In this document: positions 22,521 through 36,439 of the stretch, one piece after another | Position numbering within the stretch: the stretch's first letter is position 1 | How the letters are laid out: the number at the start of each line of letters is the position of its first letter | Origin: Camelus ferus | Taxonomy: Eukaryota | Assembly: GCF_009834535.1 (NCBI RefSeq) | Contig: NC_045697.1 | Location: forward strand, 9,488,001-9,552,000 | DNA: 64,000 bases | Direction: 5' to 3' | Translations under genes and position numbers: made by a program | The notes under the pieces: model-generated | Databases searched by the model: none | Seen by the model: the letters and a program-made list of their open reading frames with translations, nothing else | What the model was told of the DNA's origin: nothing

Positions 22521-24479
22521 TCCAAGGTAAACACCCTCAAAGTTTGCAGTAGGGGACTTACAGGTAAAGAGCAAGAATTGGATTTCAACCAAGGTCAGGA
22601 GAAGTTATACATAAAATCAAGAAAGGAAAAGATGATACACTATGTTTAAAAGGGTGATAATTGTAGGATAAGTTAATATCAAGTGTAGATCTAGATGAGA
22701 TATAAGAAAAATGGCAAAAGAAGAAATTTCAAGGAAGTCTAATCCACAGAAAGGAACACTTGGTTATGACCTCAGTGTGTGGGCTAGGACTTTTAATTCT
22801 TGTTCTGGAGGGTTGTAATACAGGTGTGAGCATCAACTTAATACCTGCTCCAGAAAGAAGGTCCTTATCCTGACTCGAGAGGGAGGAAGGAGAATCTCAT
22901 TTCTCTGTCCCTGTTTCACAGTGCATTTAATACAGGCCAGACACTGTTTCAGGGGCTAGAGGTACAGAAATGAGAAGCTAACTCTGTTCACATTATTGAG
23001 ACCTAGTAGGGAAACTGAATTGGGAAAAAGGAAACTCTAATAGTAAAATGGCAAAAGACTGTAATAGAGAAAAGCACAGGTTTCTCTGAGATCAGAGTGG
23101 GGAAGGGTCTGCATAGGAACAGACATAGGAGACCCTCCTTGACCAGTGATGGGTGGACTGGGTCACAGTTGAGCACAAGATCAGCAGGGGAGGAAACTGG
23201 AAAAGAAGAGGTACAGGAAAAAAGAGGACTCCAAGCTCCAGCCAGAGAGCACAGCCCATGTGCGAGCACCACAGCGCTGAGCAGGGTTATAAAGGTTCCG
23301 TGTGCCTGTTCCTAGTCTGCACCAGGAAAGCCGCTTAGCTAGAGATCACTGTTCCTACCCCAACCTTGCCCTTCTAAAGATACCCTCTTCATACGTGGTA
23401 GGGGGGAAAGCAGCCACTGTGTTTTGTTCCACGTAGCCTGACCTCAGCTAACCACAGCCAATAGACCAGGGCAGGCATGTGGCCCAAGGGCAGAATAATT
23501 GGTGACATCTGAAGTATAACACACGGACTGGAATGAAAAGATGGTTAAATCTAATGCTTCACTCATCAACTTGAAATAAGAAAAAAAAAAAGTAGAAGAA
23601 GAAGAAGGATTGAAGCAGTGAGTAATATGAGCAAAAGCCCAAAGAAAGTATCTGGAATTATCAGAAGAAAGTGTCAGAGAGGAGGAACACAGGAAGACAA
23701 AGCCATAAGGAAAGAAAAGTTAGCAGGGAGAGGGCATGGACAATCAAAGAAAGTCAGCTGGTAGAGAGACAAAAGTACACTTGTAAACAAAGAACAACAT
23801 CAGGGCTTCATGTGAGAGAGAAGAGGGATCTGTTCCCTCTTGGTACCTGATATTATTGCCACATTACATGTTATTGGAGATGTAGTAAAACAAAGTGAAA
23901 ATTAACGAGGCAATTCTAAGTCACCATTCTTGACAGTTTTCTAAGCAGAGCTTATATTAGGGGTATAGACAAAAACACCATAAAAAGAGCATCCATGTAG
24001 CAATGTTAACAAAATATGAATGTAAAACAAACAAGTAAAGGGGAGGCAAGTATTTGAGGCCTGAAGATTGGTAACAAATTTGTCCCTGAGCTTTCTGGCA
24101 GCCAGAGCAAAAAGTGAAACATGCTAAGTTACTAAATTTCATTACAAGAGGAAAAGTCCCAGTTGCTGAAAGGAAACAAGTTTTCCTGTCTCAAACTACA
24201 AAATGAATTTCCACATGAGTTGCTCTACTGTCCCTATTCACAGTAGACAGTAGACACCATCCTTTAGAATAATTTTAGAGCAAAGGCAGAAATGTTTTGA
24301 AATGATGCATAGTCTTAAAGCACAACTAATTGAAAGGAATCTTGGGAGGGAGTCATTTGGCTTTGTAACCATCTGGTGACTCTAACTAGAACACTCTGAA
24401 CTCTGGCCAAACTCTAGCCTCATCCCTTCCACTCTTCCTCTCATTCACCATGCCCCAGGGCCAGATCAGAGATAGAATA

Positions 24480-24606
24480 CAACCTTCAAGAGGACAGGTA
24501 CTTTTTCCTGTTTTGCTAACTGTTGAATTACCTAGTGCCTAGAATAAGACCTGGGACACAGTTGGAACTAAGTCTGTAGGTGTTGAATTAATATGGAATG
24601 AATCAT
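24480..24606 (+). mobile_element. L2 3' end
   Basis: 'cctagtgcctagaataagacctgggacacag...gttgaattaatatggaatgaat'. Confidence 0.7.
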
Positions 24607-27600
24607 TCAGATCTCTATCTATAAACAATAGAGTCCCATGGCTAAATATCCTAGCAAACATTTTTCGCTCATTATTGAAATTACGTCCCTGAAGCCGGCC
24701 TTCCGGGAAGACTGAAAACTCTTTGCAGGCAGAGTTACCTCCTGCTGTCTCCCCAGGCTTGTCCTCGAGATTTGTATTTAGAAGCAGTTCAATACATAAA
24801 TGATAAAGGAGTGACAATAGGGATGTATGACCAGTGAGTCACTATTAAATCATGTGATGCAGGCTCTAAATGCAACATTATTAGAGATTTTTAAAGATGG
24901 CATGATTTCAGTGCTATTGAAAGCAAAGAGAAGGGCTATAGTGAATGGTGAAGGAGGAGGAGGAGAGTAACAAGGAGAGATGAAAAGAGGTCAAGGGCAA
25001 GAATAAGCAGGGGAAAGCTGTTGGTGATGAGAAGTAGGGTGAACCCATATCTATCACCCTCCCTGACTTTCCCAATTCTGTGAAACCTGGATTATAAGTC
25101 ACCTTGTAGAGCAAGAGATTAATAGTCAAAGGGTCTAAGTAAGACAGATTCAATGAATTAAGCTGAAAATATGAGGACCATGATTGTTAAAGTTTGTGCC
25201 AGAGAGACACTGAATTGTATCGCTGGTAGAGCTAGCTCGGGACCACGTGGCTCAGCCCATTTACAGACGAGGGGAAAAGGTTGAGAGAGAACTCACCCAT
25301 CCATTGCCTAAATTTTCCCCAAAGCCCACTGAGTGTTACAAGTGTCTCCTCAGATGACTGATACAGAAGACAATTCTTCTACTTTCTTGCATGGATCCTC
25401 TGGAAGGATGGGGATCTTCCATAGTAGGGGCTGATCAGGGTGACACTAGAAAAGGTGCAGGAAATTGCTGTTGTCAGTTACTGTACCTTCTTTTCAGACT
25501 GACCAGGCCAATCCTGGGAAGCACACTGAAGTCAAGGGCTTAGTGAGTGTGATTAGCCGCTCCCTCTGTAATTAATCCCTGTAGCCAACTCTAAAGAAAA
25601 GATTCAGGAAAGCTGAAGGTCAGATGAGCCAAAAGTCAAGGTAATATGGTTGACCTTTGCAAGGGCGATCAGACTGCAGGGAGATTTGTAAGGAGGGAGG
25701 GCTTGTCTCGCACAGGTCAGCTACCTCATCTGCACAGAAATGCTGCGCTGGGCACCCGACACCAAGTGAGGGCTGCAGGGGCCCCAGTTGGTGGGTCTGT
25801 CTGGTTTGCTGAGCCAGATGGCCATCCCACACTGAAACCCAGCTGCTGGAGCCAAACTGGGAGTCTGAGAGAATGGACTCCACTCCCTGAGGGAATTCAG
25901 ATACTTCTCCAGGCTCAGTATGGTGGCATTCAAGAGGATAAACACAGAAGTGCTCTGTGTAGAAACAGCAGTGCCCCATGAAAACACAATCGCTTTAGCA
26001 TGTAGAATATTACCCACACTCCTAAATGCCGAGTTCACAGGTCCTTGGCATTTTGTATGCAACAAAACATTTTATTCCAGCAAAAGTTTATTACAAACAT
26101 TAGCACATCAAACAAAATCTAAGTGCTGTTGGAACAGAGATGAGGAACCAGAACCATTCATTTGAACTGCCTTAATCCCACAGCTGTTTCAGAAGCACTT
26201 CTAGTGGACTTAATTTTTAAAGTACTGGTGTAATAAAAGCAATTTCAATGTCATGCTTGCTTGTGTGATTATTTGTTTAATGTCTATTTGCCCCACTGCA
26301 TGACTGCCTTCTCCAGGGCATCAATCACGTCTGCTTTTGCTTGACATGGCATTGCCAGCACCTGGCACAGTGCTCAAAACAGTTCTTGAGATAGTGTGTA
26401 GGAAAATGCTTTGTAAATTCTTTTAAAAAAGAGAAAAAAAACTCTAAAAGGCTACAGCTAGAAGGGAGTAGTCTCAATTCACTCATCAGAATCTATTTTC
26501 AGGAAGCAATTATGTTCACTCAAGTTGAAAGTGTTTTCTCCATAAGTTCACTGGCTCCCAACAAACAAACAGAATTATTGTTTGACTGATGCCTGATAGA
26601 CACTTGTAATGACTCCCAAGCCTATTGTTGCTTGTCATCATCTTAGAAATACCCATCCCTCTCGCTAGCTCCGTGTTCCACAACTCATTGTTTGTGAGGC
26701 ATCATTGTCTCCGAGTTCTCTGCCTTGAACACCTGCTTTAACTGCTTTCAAACGGCTGCACAACAGCAGAATGTAACTGCACTTTCATCTTCCTTAGGTA
26801 TCATGTCTAAAGAAAAATCTGCGGTGGGCCTCTTCTTCTGATTAGATGGGCACTCCAGCTGAAAAATAAACTGAGCCTCTGTCTTTCTGTGAAATCCAAT
26901 ATTTCACAATATACTAGTTGACACAGCTCAGATTGCATCGATCTGGATCGGAGCATTGTAGCCCACCAAGAGAACATGCCCTTTTATTACATTACATGGG
27001 TACAGAGAGGTTTAAAAGCCCAAAGCATAAACAAAATCTTGAGCCTTCATTGCTGACTCATTGACATACCGGGTATTAGTTAAATCTTCAGAAAATGTTT
27101 TGCTGGGCATATGAGCTAAAGTTACATAATGACAATGACCAGTAATGCTTGGGGAGCACCTCATAGGATCATGTGGCACAAGACATGGATTTGGACACTG
27201 TCAGGTATGACTCCCTGCCCAGTGGGGAGACACACCCCCACAAATTCTGTCTGTGGTCATTCCTTTCCTGGCAGTGTCTTCTGCCTGGAGATGACAAGGA
27301 AGATCTGTGTAGGGGAGAAGACATCTGAAAGGAGCCTTGAAGGGCCAGTTGGCTTCACTGGGTGGCACCAGGGAAAAATCATTTTAACCAGAGGGACTAG
27401 AATGTGCAAATGAGCAAGCACAGAATCTCTCAAGTCTCTGGTTTGTCTGTATTTATCCTAAAGGAGCATAAGAATGAAATAGTTCACCTGGGATTGTCCA
27501 CTGTGAAGAAATGAAGGCCTATCAAGGTCAGATTCTACTCATTCAGTAGATCACTTCCACTAGTGTACAGAAGGCTTGCCAATCAGCTAAATCCTCAGTC

Positions 27601-30539
27601 ATCTCTCAGTGAATAGCTGGTCAGGCCTCTTCATTCCTTCCTGCAGTTATGAAATGTGTTTTTAAATCTTTTCTCATGAGCAATTTCACCTTCACTATTT
27701 TTCCCCTTTAGTTTTTTTTTTTTTCAGAGCATTTGTACTTCCACTGACTGTTTTAAACTCATCTCTTTCATTACTCATGTGAATTACAATCCCTCCTCTT
27801 TTATTCTACCAGCCACCTTCATAAACCACTTGTCCTCATCTCTGCACCTTCTTTATCAAAGTGTCATCCAGGATGGAATCAGAAGAGCCCTGTTGTGCCC
27901 CAGTGGAGGGCTGACATGGGGGTTGCACACAACTGCTCATCAGCAGTCTCTGTGTAGTAGACCTACATCTCGACTTTCACTTTCATTATTACCCTTTAAT
28001 CATATGATTTCTACCAACACAATGCAACACAGTGAAAAAGCATCTGAGAATAAAACACACCATAAGTGTGTATTCTGACTCTTCCACTCTGTCTGAAGAG
28101 GAGCAACGCATTTTTTTCTGAACCTCAGTTTCTTAATCTTTAAGATGGGGATAAAAATTCCTTTCTCTGATGATAGTTCACAAATGTAGTTCATGGACTC
28201 TCAATGTCTGGAGTCTAATAGACCCACAAACATACTTGCCTGTGGGTGTTCATACTGTTGATGATACTGGTCCAGTCTTAAAAACATAAAAACCACTTCT
28301 TCTTATTTCCCAGGGTTGAATAACTTAATATTTTCCTTCATCATTTGCTTAATCCTTCTGGGACCCCTTTCAAAACATCATCTACTTTGCAATAACGGTT
28401 TAATCCATTGTGGAACAATGAGGGCTAACAAAACTGATTGTACTTACTCTTTCACCAGAATACGTGAATAGTTTGCTTCTCATGAGCACTTCGTTTGCTA
28501 GTTGGTTTCAGTGCTGAGGGAACGAGAAGCTTGCAGAATAGGCAAGGAAATTTCCCCTTCACTTGCTCTCAGCCCTCTCGCTCCTTCGAGTGCCCAGGAA
28601 TTGCAGTTGTGACTGGGCTAGAACCAACCTCTTGTCAGAGAACGTGTGAGCCCTATCAAAAACAGAAAACAAATTTTATAGACAGAACTGTGATTCAAGC
28701 ACAGTCCACGTCTGAATCAGTGCGAAACTTTGCATAATTTATTTCACCTCCCTGAATATTCTTTTCCTTTTCTAGAAAGTGGTCACAATATTATCTACTT
28801 TTCAGCATGGTTAAGAGAACAGCATGAGATCGCGTAAGGGTACACTTAATAGGAAGGCAGTTGCTATTAATAAAATGGCTTCTGCTATCTGGTCTGTTGA
28901 GTGTGTGACTGAAAAGCTGGGATCTGAGCCCCCAGGGAAGATAAGGACTAGTTTTCCTCTTTTGGTAAAAAGCACATAGCACACAGTAGGCTCTTGGTAT
29001 TCTGCCTTTGATTTCAGGAGTGACTGTCTTGAGGAAGACCAATGGTCAGATAGTTTGAAAGTAGTGTTGTACCTATTACAAAATAAAAGTGAACAATATG
29101 ACAAAGAAAAAATTTTAAAAATAAAATAAAATGGTTCTGAACAAATGTCACTCTCAGTATCTTCTACCTAGTTGAGGAAGCTCTTTTCTAACATGTAAGT
29201 TAATAAGCCAAAGTATTGGTTTTTTGAGCATTCGTGTGTGCAAATATCATATGAGACACAAAGAGGAAAATATTATTATTATTCAAATCATGTCTTCCAT
29301 GAACCACTGCTCTCATATCGGGGGATACTCATCAGATGTAAATATACTTCAGACAATATCTGAGTGTTGGTTGCCACAAGAGAAGTGAAAGCAAAGGACT
29401 TTGAGATCTGAGTATTATGGAGAAAGCTTCTACTTTATGAGGCCATGAAATTTCCCTGCAGAGAAAGACTTTGAACTTGGCAGGCAAGGATAGACTTGAG
29501 GAGATAGAGTTTAAGTTAGGTTAAAGCTGCTGGATTCCACGTACCAGAAAGAAAAAAAAAAAGCCATTTTAAATGGTTCTCTTAAAGAAAATGAATAATT
29601 TGTTGGAAAGATGAATAAAGAAAGAATTGAAATACCAAGCTTGAAGAAAGCCAGGAGCCAGGGCCTGCGTGGAGATGTCAGCAACAAAAGAACATAACTC
29701 TTCTTTCTAAGATCCAATTAAGAAATAACTAGCTTTCAGTTGCATTTCACAATAAGACATCTCTGCTACTGTGTTTAAATTCTCAGGAGAGAACACCCAA
29801 CTGACACAGAGGGTAGCAGTCAAAAATGGTCAATCTGGGGACAGCATAGCCATTATAAATACCTTTGTAAGTAAGGCAACTGCCTCAATTTGTGTTGCTT
29901 ATGGGTCAGAATGAAGGAACAAATTCTAGGGAGACGTGAACAGTAGCATGGAGATCAAAAGCTCAAGAATAGAGAATTGGGTGAATGAAACATGGCCAGA
30001 TTGCAGGGCTTAGGAAAGAGAGGACAGACGAAAGCTGGATCTGTGTCTATTCCAAATTCCTTCCTGATCCCATGAATAAAGCATGAGCAAGAGATGAGTT
30101 CAGAAAGGCACAAGTGGCATTTGGCCAGATTATTGCAACAACCAAAAAATTGTTCTTGGTGGAATCTTCTGAGATTGTCACTGATCAATGGGACAAAAAT
30201 TACTCTGAGAATACTAGCTGGTGAGAGCAGATGTGTTCAGTTCCATTCCACCTCATGGATTGAGTGCCTGCTCAAAGTAAAGAACAAAGTGTTTCAAGCA
30301 TTCTGAAAAACATTTCTTGAATTGAATTTATCATAACCTGAAAGTCTTGTTCTGATTTTGTTATCTCAATTGATTATACACTCTGTTCGGATATTTGATT
30401 TGTTTTCAAATTCTGTCTAATTCTCACTCATTTGCTCAATGCATTCTTTTGTGAATCCAAGCATTTATTCATTCACTCAATAGATGAGGACTGTCTGGCT
30501 CAAGGCGGGGGAATCAGTTTCTATGTTTACCTTGTAACT

Positions 30540-31900
30540 CTCATGAGACTTCACTGATATAAAATGTAAGAAATACAAAAAAAGGAATACATTCATATCA
30601 GAAAACAAAGAACCAGATTAGAAGGAGTCACAACTGATGGCAGTGAAGAGATTTCAGCAAATTACCAAATAGAAGAAAATAGAGTTAATGGATGAATATT
30701 TAGATAGAGTGACAATCCAGAGTTTATCCTTAGGAGGTTACAGTGGAAGTGAGAGCCGTACTTCACTGGGACTCAGAACATCCGTAACTCAGGGTCAGTA
30801 AGTGCAGTGGAAGAGAGGAATGAGAAGTGGAGATGAAAATAGGGAAAATAATTCAAGGTCTACTTAACTGTGCCTTTCTTCTTGCACAGCAAGAGACAGA
30901 CTGATACCAATCTATGCATAGTTATGAAGTGGAGTCTGTTTTCTAAAGAGGTTGAATAAACTGTGTGGGAAAAGCTGAGTTTTCTTATGTGGGTATTGGC
31001 TAAAAAACATTGCTTCCTCAACCTTCATTAGGAGCCCAGTAGACCCGAAGCTTTTTTCCCTATGCAATGATCCTTTTAAAAATGTTTTGCCTTGATATTT
31101 CCTTTCCACCCAAAACTTCCACTTAGATGTGAGACCTTTTAAGAAAAAGTGAAAAGAAAACCCATAGTAGCTACTCAGGCTTTCTTCTTAAGTGTAAACA
31201 TGAACTCAAAGATCACTAAGTAAATAAAAAGAAGCAGGATCATGAAAGAGAAAGACTTGAATAGATGAAAAAAACACTGCAACAAGAGTAAACAGAGGTA
31301 ACTCGGGGAACAGTAGAGAACTTTTAAAACCTCTCATTTGTATCTTCAGGGAGATTGAAAAAGATTGTATCTACAAACCAGGGACCAAATAAGAGAAAAG
31401 GAAACAAATAGAGAACAAAGATTCTTTCTTAAAGAATAAAACTATGCATTAAAAAAAGTAGAAAATATGGAAAATAAGATTAAGAAAAATTTCTAAGACA
31501 GAACAAAAACACCAGGAAACAAAATTCAGCTTATAGAAACGAAATATAAAGAATCATTACAGAATGTCTTAGGTGGGGTCCTAGAATGATAAAACAAAGG
31601 AAGCAATTAAGAAAAATAAATACATATAAGTTAGAAAAATCTCAAAATAAACGAGCAAACTTTCAAATTGAAAGGGTCGACAAATAGATGAGCATAATTA
31701 ATTTTTAAAAAGTCCGACATATTAACATGTTTTCATAAAATATACATCAGTGATTAACTTCCTAAAGAAAAAAACATAAATCACATACAAAAGAACAAAA
31801 ATAAGACTATTACCTAGTGAGTCTTTTCAGCATCAGTACCAAGTATCAAAAAATTGCACAGCAATGGACTCAAAGTTCTAATGGAAAAAATGTCCCCTCT
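30540..31900 (+). mobile_element. Ancient HAL1/L1ME 5' region and ORF1-like remnant
   Basis: A-rich decayed ORF1-like sequence, e.g. 'tttcaaattgaaaggg' and 'gcaatggactcaaagttctaatggaaaa'. Confidence 0.5.
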
Positions 31901-32341
31901 TTAACCTAAAAGATATTTAAAAAAGAATCTTTGTCCTTTAAAATAGTAATTTAACCCATTGAATTTTATTATTATCACATTTCAACTTTATTTCTGGCAT
32001 TTCAATTTTATTTGTTTTCTTTAACTTTTCCTGATTTCTGTTGAAAGTCATAATCTTTTCATTTTTTTATACTGCCTCTTCCATGAAGTCTTACATTCCC
32101 ATTTTACATCCCTATAGTAGTTTTTGAGAATAGCTTTGTCCTCTCCCTAACATAATCACTAGGGAGTGCCAGTTCTCTAAATTTTTTGACAAACTAAGAG
32201 TAAAATAAAATAATTTTATTTATTACTGATAAAAATTCATATTGGTCATTGTATTTATTTTTGGTAAGTTGTTCATAAATATTTCCCCTTTTTTAGTTTA
32301 TAAGTATTAATTATATATTTTGTATATTAATTTTATGTTGT

Positions 32342-32742
32342 GTCCAGAAAGAGAAAGAAAAATACCATATGAGATCGCTCATATGTGGAATCTAAAAAAC
32401 AAAAACAAACAAACAAAAATAAAATACAGCGTAAATACAGGACAGAAATAGACTCATAGACAGAGAATACAGACTTGTGGTTACCAGGGGGGTGGAGGGT
32501 GGGAAGGGATAGACTGGGATTTCAAAATTGTAGAACAGATAAACAAGATTACACTGTATAGCACAGGGAAATATACACAAAATGTTATGATAACTCACAG
32601 AGAAAAAAATGTGAAAATGAGTGTGTATATGTCCATGAATGACTGAAAAATTGTGCTGAACACTGGAATTTGACACAACATTGTAAAATGACTATAAATC
32701 AATAAAAAATGTTTAAAAAAAAAAAAAGAACACCAAAAAAAA
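32342..32742 (+). mobile_element. Young camelid-type L1 3' end (5'-truncated) with perfect 13-bp TSD
   Basis: ORF2 end 'aaataccatatgagatcgctcatatgtggaatctaa', 3'UTR, AATAAA and A tail; TSD aattttatgttgt at 32329-32341 and 32743-32755. Confidence 0.95.
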
Positions 32743-33944
32743 AATTTTATGTTGTTTTACATTTTGTTTCTCAGAATTTGTCACTTATTTTTTAATTTTC
32801 TGTTAGATGGCTTTTGTGAAACAGGTTTTTAATTTTTAAGAGATAGCATTACCATTCCTTTCCTTTATGTCTTTTGAGTTTTATGTTTTTGTGAATGTTT
32901 TCAATTCCAAAATTATTTTTTAAAATCACCTTCTATCTTTCTAATACTTTTGTTTTAATTCTTATGTTTATTTTTCACTCTTAGATATCTGGCATTTACT
33001 ATTTTATTTGTTCAAAGATGCATTCTAAGTTAATTTTAATATAAATCAACTTTTCTAAAATTATTTTAAGTGACAATTTTAAAACATTTCTAAAATTGTT
33101 TATTAACAAATCTATCCATTCATCAGTAATTGAAATTACAATTTCCACATGAAATATATACATGAAGTTTATAGAATATATACATGAGTCTGTGGTTTCT
33201 CTATTCAGAATAAAGAGAGTAAGCCCACTGAGTTGTTTATTCCAATGTTAATAACACATTGTGTTTAGTATTACCATTTTGTGTGTTGTGCCTTAATATC
33301 TGGTGAAACATTTGCTCCTCTGTCTTGTTTTAAGCTACTATTTCCAGATTAATTTTAGAATTGACTCATTATATATATTATCCTATATATATTATCCCAT
33401 TAGGTAATATGTCATAGGACAGGTAAACACATAAAACCCAATCATTATTTCTTTACACCCTCAGTAATCCATCAAAAACCAAAATTAAAAGCACAAACCA
33501 TTTATAATCACTCTAAATATGAAATACTTAGGAATAAGCCTAACAAAACACAGATAAGACATATATGTAGAAAAACTATAAAATCCTGGTGAGAAAAAGC
33601 AAAGATCTAACTAAATGGGGAGACATATAATATAAATGAATTGAAAGACTTACCATCATAAAGATATCATTTCTAACCAAGCTGATCTATAGATTTAACA
33701 CAATTTTGACCAAAATCCCACCAAAAGTCTTGTACCTGTAGACAAGCTTATTTTAAATTTTACACACAAAGCAAAGACTATCTTAAAAACATTTTGAAGA
33801 GGAAGAGTAAAGTAGCTTATCCAATTTTAAGACTTAAAATGTAACTCATAATTAAAACATTGTTGTATTGGTAGAGGAATAGACAGTAGACAATGTAATG
33901 GAGTAAAGAACACAAAATAGATCCACCAAACTGTACTCCACCGA

Positions 33945-34443
33945 TTTTTTTTTTTTTTTGGACATATACACACTCATTGTCACATTTTTTTCTCTGTGAG
34001 TTATCATAACATTTTGTGTATATTTCCCTGTGCTATACAGTGTAGTCTATTCTACAATTTTGAAATCCCAGTCTATCCCTTCCCACCCTCCACCCCCCTG
34101 GTAACCACAAGTCTGTATTCTCTGTCTGTGAGTCTATTTCTGTCCTTTATTTATGCTTTGTTTTTGTTTGTTTGTTTGTTTTTGTTTTTGTTTTTTAGAT
34201 TCCACATATGAGCGATCTCATATGGTATTTTTCTTTCCCTTTCTGGCTTACTTCACTTAGAATGACATTCTCCTGGAGCATCCATGTTGCTGCAAATGGC
34301 ATTATGTTGTCAGTTTTTATGGCTGAGTAGTATTCCATTGTATAAATATACCACATCTTCTTTATCCAGTCACCTGTTGATGGACATTTAGGCTGTTTCC
34401 ATGTTTTGGCTATTGTAAATAGTGCTGCTATGAACATTGGGGT
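33945..34443 (-). mobile_element. Young camelid-type L1 3' fragment with shortened 3'UTR
   Basis: T15 tail at 33945-33959; ORF2 C-terminus open to its stop (PMFIAALF...EKYHMRSLICGI*); TSD gtactccaccgatttt / gtactccacttatttt. Confidence 0.93.
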
Positions 34444-34845
34444 ACTCCACTTATTTTTGACAAAAGTGCAAAGGCAACCCAGTGGAGGAAGGGCAGTCTT
34501 TTCAACAAAAGGTGCTGGAACAACTGGACATTGAAAGGCAAAAAGCAACCTCAAACTAAAACTGATACTTTCTACAAAAATTAACTCAAAATGAATCATA
34601 GGTCTAAAAGTAAAATGTGAAGCTAAAAATCATTTAGAAGAGAAAATGAGAAAATCTCTGTGATCTATAGTTGAACAAAGAATTCCTAGACATGATGTAG
34701 GAGACACCTAAAAAGTTAAAAGTGGATAAACTAAATTAAAAATGTCTTCTTTGTGAAAAATCCTGTTAGAGAGCAAGAAAAACTACTGAATGAGAAAACC
34801 TATTTGCAAATCACATACTTGACAAAGTACTTCTACCCAGAATGA

Positions 34846-34852
<7 letters not shown>

Positions 34853-34881
<29 letters not shown>
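34853..34881. repeat. (TG)14 microsatellite
   Basis: Direct reading. Confidence 0.95.
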
Positions 34882-34883
<2 letters not shown>

Positions 34884-35919
34884 ATCATCCCAAACTTTAC
34901 AGTAAAAAAAAAAAAACCACAATCCATTAAAAAATGGAAAAAAAACTTGAACAGATACTATAAAACAAGGTATGTGAATTATAAATAAGCATGCTAAAAG
35001 ATCCTCAACATCACTAGACATTGGAGAAATGTAAATTAAAACCCATGGTGAGATACCACTAAAAATCTATTAAAATGTCTAAAATAACACTGACAGTATC
35101 AACTGCAGGAAACCATGTGGAGAAACTGGATCTGTCATAAACTGCTACAGGGAATGGAATATAGTAAGCTTCTCTGGAAAACAGTTTGGTACTTTCCTTT
35201 GAAGTTAAACATACATTTACCACATGACCCAGTAATGCCTCTCTGGGGTCTTTATCCAAGAGAATTGAAAACATATGTTCACACTAAAACCTATACGCAA
35301 ACATTCATAGCAGCTTTATTTGTAATAGCCCCAAACTGGAAGCAATTCAAATGTCCTTCAAGGGGTGAATGGTTAAACAAGCTCTGGTACATCACACAAG
35401 GGAATACTACTCACCAATAAAAAGAAACAAATTATTGGATGGATAGATCTCAAGAGCATCAGACTGATTTAAAAAAAAATCCAGTCTCATGTGGTTGCAT
35501 ACCCTATGGTTCCTTTTATGTAACACCCTCAAAATGACAAAATTATAGAGCTGGAGAATAGATTACTGTTAGAGTTTAAAGGAAAATTGTGACTATTAAG
35601 GAATAGCATGAGGGATTCCTTATGTAGTGAAAGAATAATCCTGTATCTCAACTGTGGTGGTGGTTATACAAATCTGTATGGTAATGAAAAAATCATAGAA
35701 CTTACACATGTAAACCATATACATGTTTAAAAATGAGTGCATATAAAAACTTGTGAAATCTGAGTAAGGTTTGCAGTCTAGGTAATTTCATTAGGCCAAG
35801 GTCAATTTTCTAGCTTTCATAATATTGAGAGAAGCCAAGTAATGAGTACATTGGGTCTCACTGAACTCTCTTGAAACTTCTTGGGCATCTATCACTATTT
35901 CAAAATGAAAAGCTAAAAA

Positions 35920-36400
35920 TGTACATAAATAGAATTCCACTATATGTGTGCTTCTATAACTTTTTTGTCCCATTAGCATTGCTTTATCCCAAGGACTACC
36001 TACAGCTCCTAAGTATTCATTTCCACTGCTGTGCAGTAGTCTATCACTTATTATTTATCTTCCCAATAATATACCCTTAAGTTGTCTCCAGTCTATCATG
36101 TTGTTGTTATTGTTTTGCTATTCACAATAGCAATGCTACGGACAATCTGGTGCACGTATGAGATAATTTCTCTGGGGTATATACTCAGGACGGAAAGTAC
36201 TGGATCATACAAGATAGACATTTTGCAAAGCACTCTCCAAAGTAGTTATACCAGTTTGTACCACAAGTAGTCTTTAGCAATCCTCTTTTCCAATGTTATC
36301 AATATTTTTAAATCTTTTGCCAGTTTGTTGATGAAAATTGGTATCTCGCTGTTTACTTTTGCAATGCCATTATTATGAGGGTTATTTCAAATATTTAGTG
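35920..36400 (-). mobile_element. L1ME fragment, antisense
   Basis: 'tttctctggggtatatactcaggacggaaagtactggatcata...ctccaaagtagttataccagtttgta'. Confidence 0.75.
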
Positions 36401-36439
36401 ATTGTATATGCCTGCCTCTTCAGTCTATGCCCTACTACT

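Larger units (their letters stand above)
33420..35915 (+). mobile_element. L1MC/L1MD-type distal ORF2 plus 3'UTR, host of a younger antisense L1
   Basis: ORF 35115-35420 is L1 ORF2-like (LWKTVW...LPHDP...TFIAALFVIAPNWKQ); colinear across 33945-34443. Confidence 0.88.

Noticed and set aside
26927..26955. Short hairpin 'gctcagattgcatcgatctggatcggagc' as a miRNA
   Set aside because: The stem is too short and mismatched for a pre-miRNA.
32487..32508. G-quadruplex motif
   Set aside because: It is the ordinary G-rich tract of the L1 3'UTR and is not locus-specific.
34195..34599. 134-aa minus-strand ORF as a novel chimeric protein
   Set aside because: Chance in-frame fusion of antisense host L1MC with the inserted L1's ORF2 tail; non-ATG start and no promoter or splice support.
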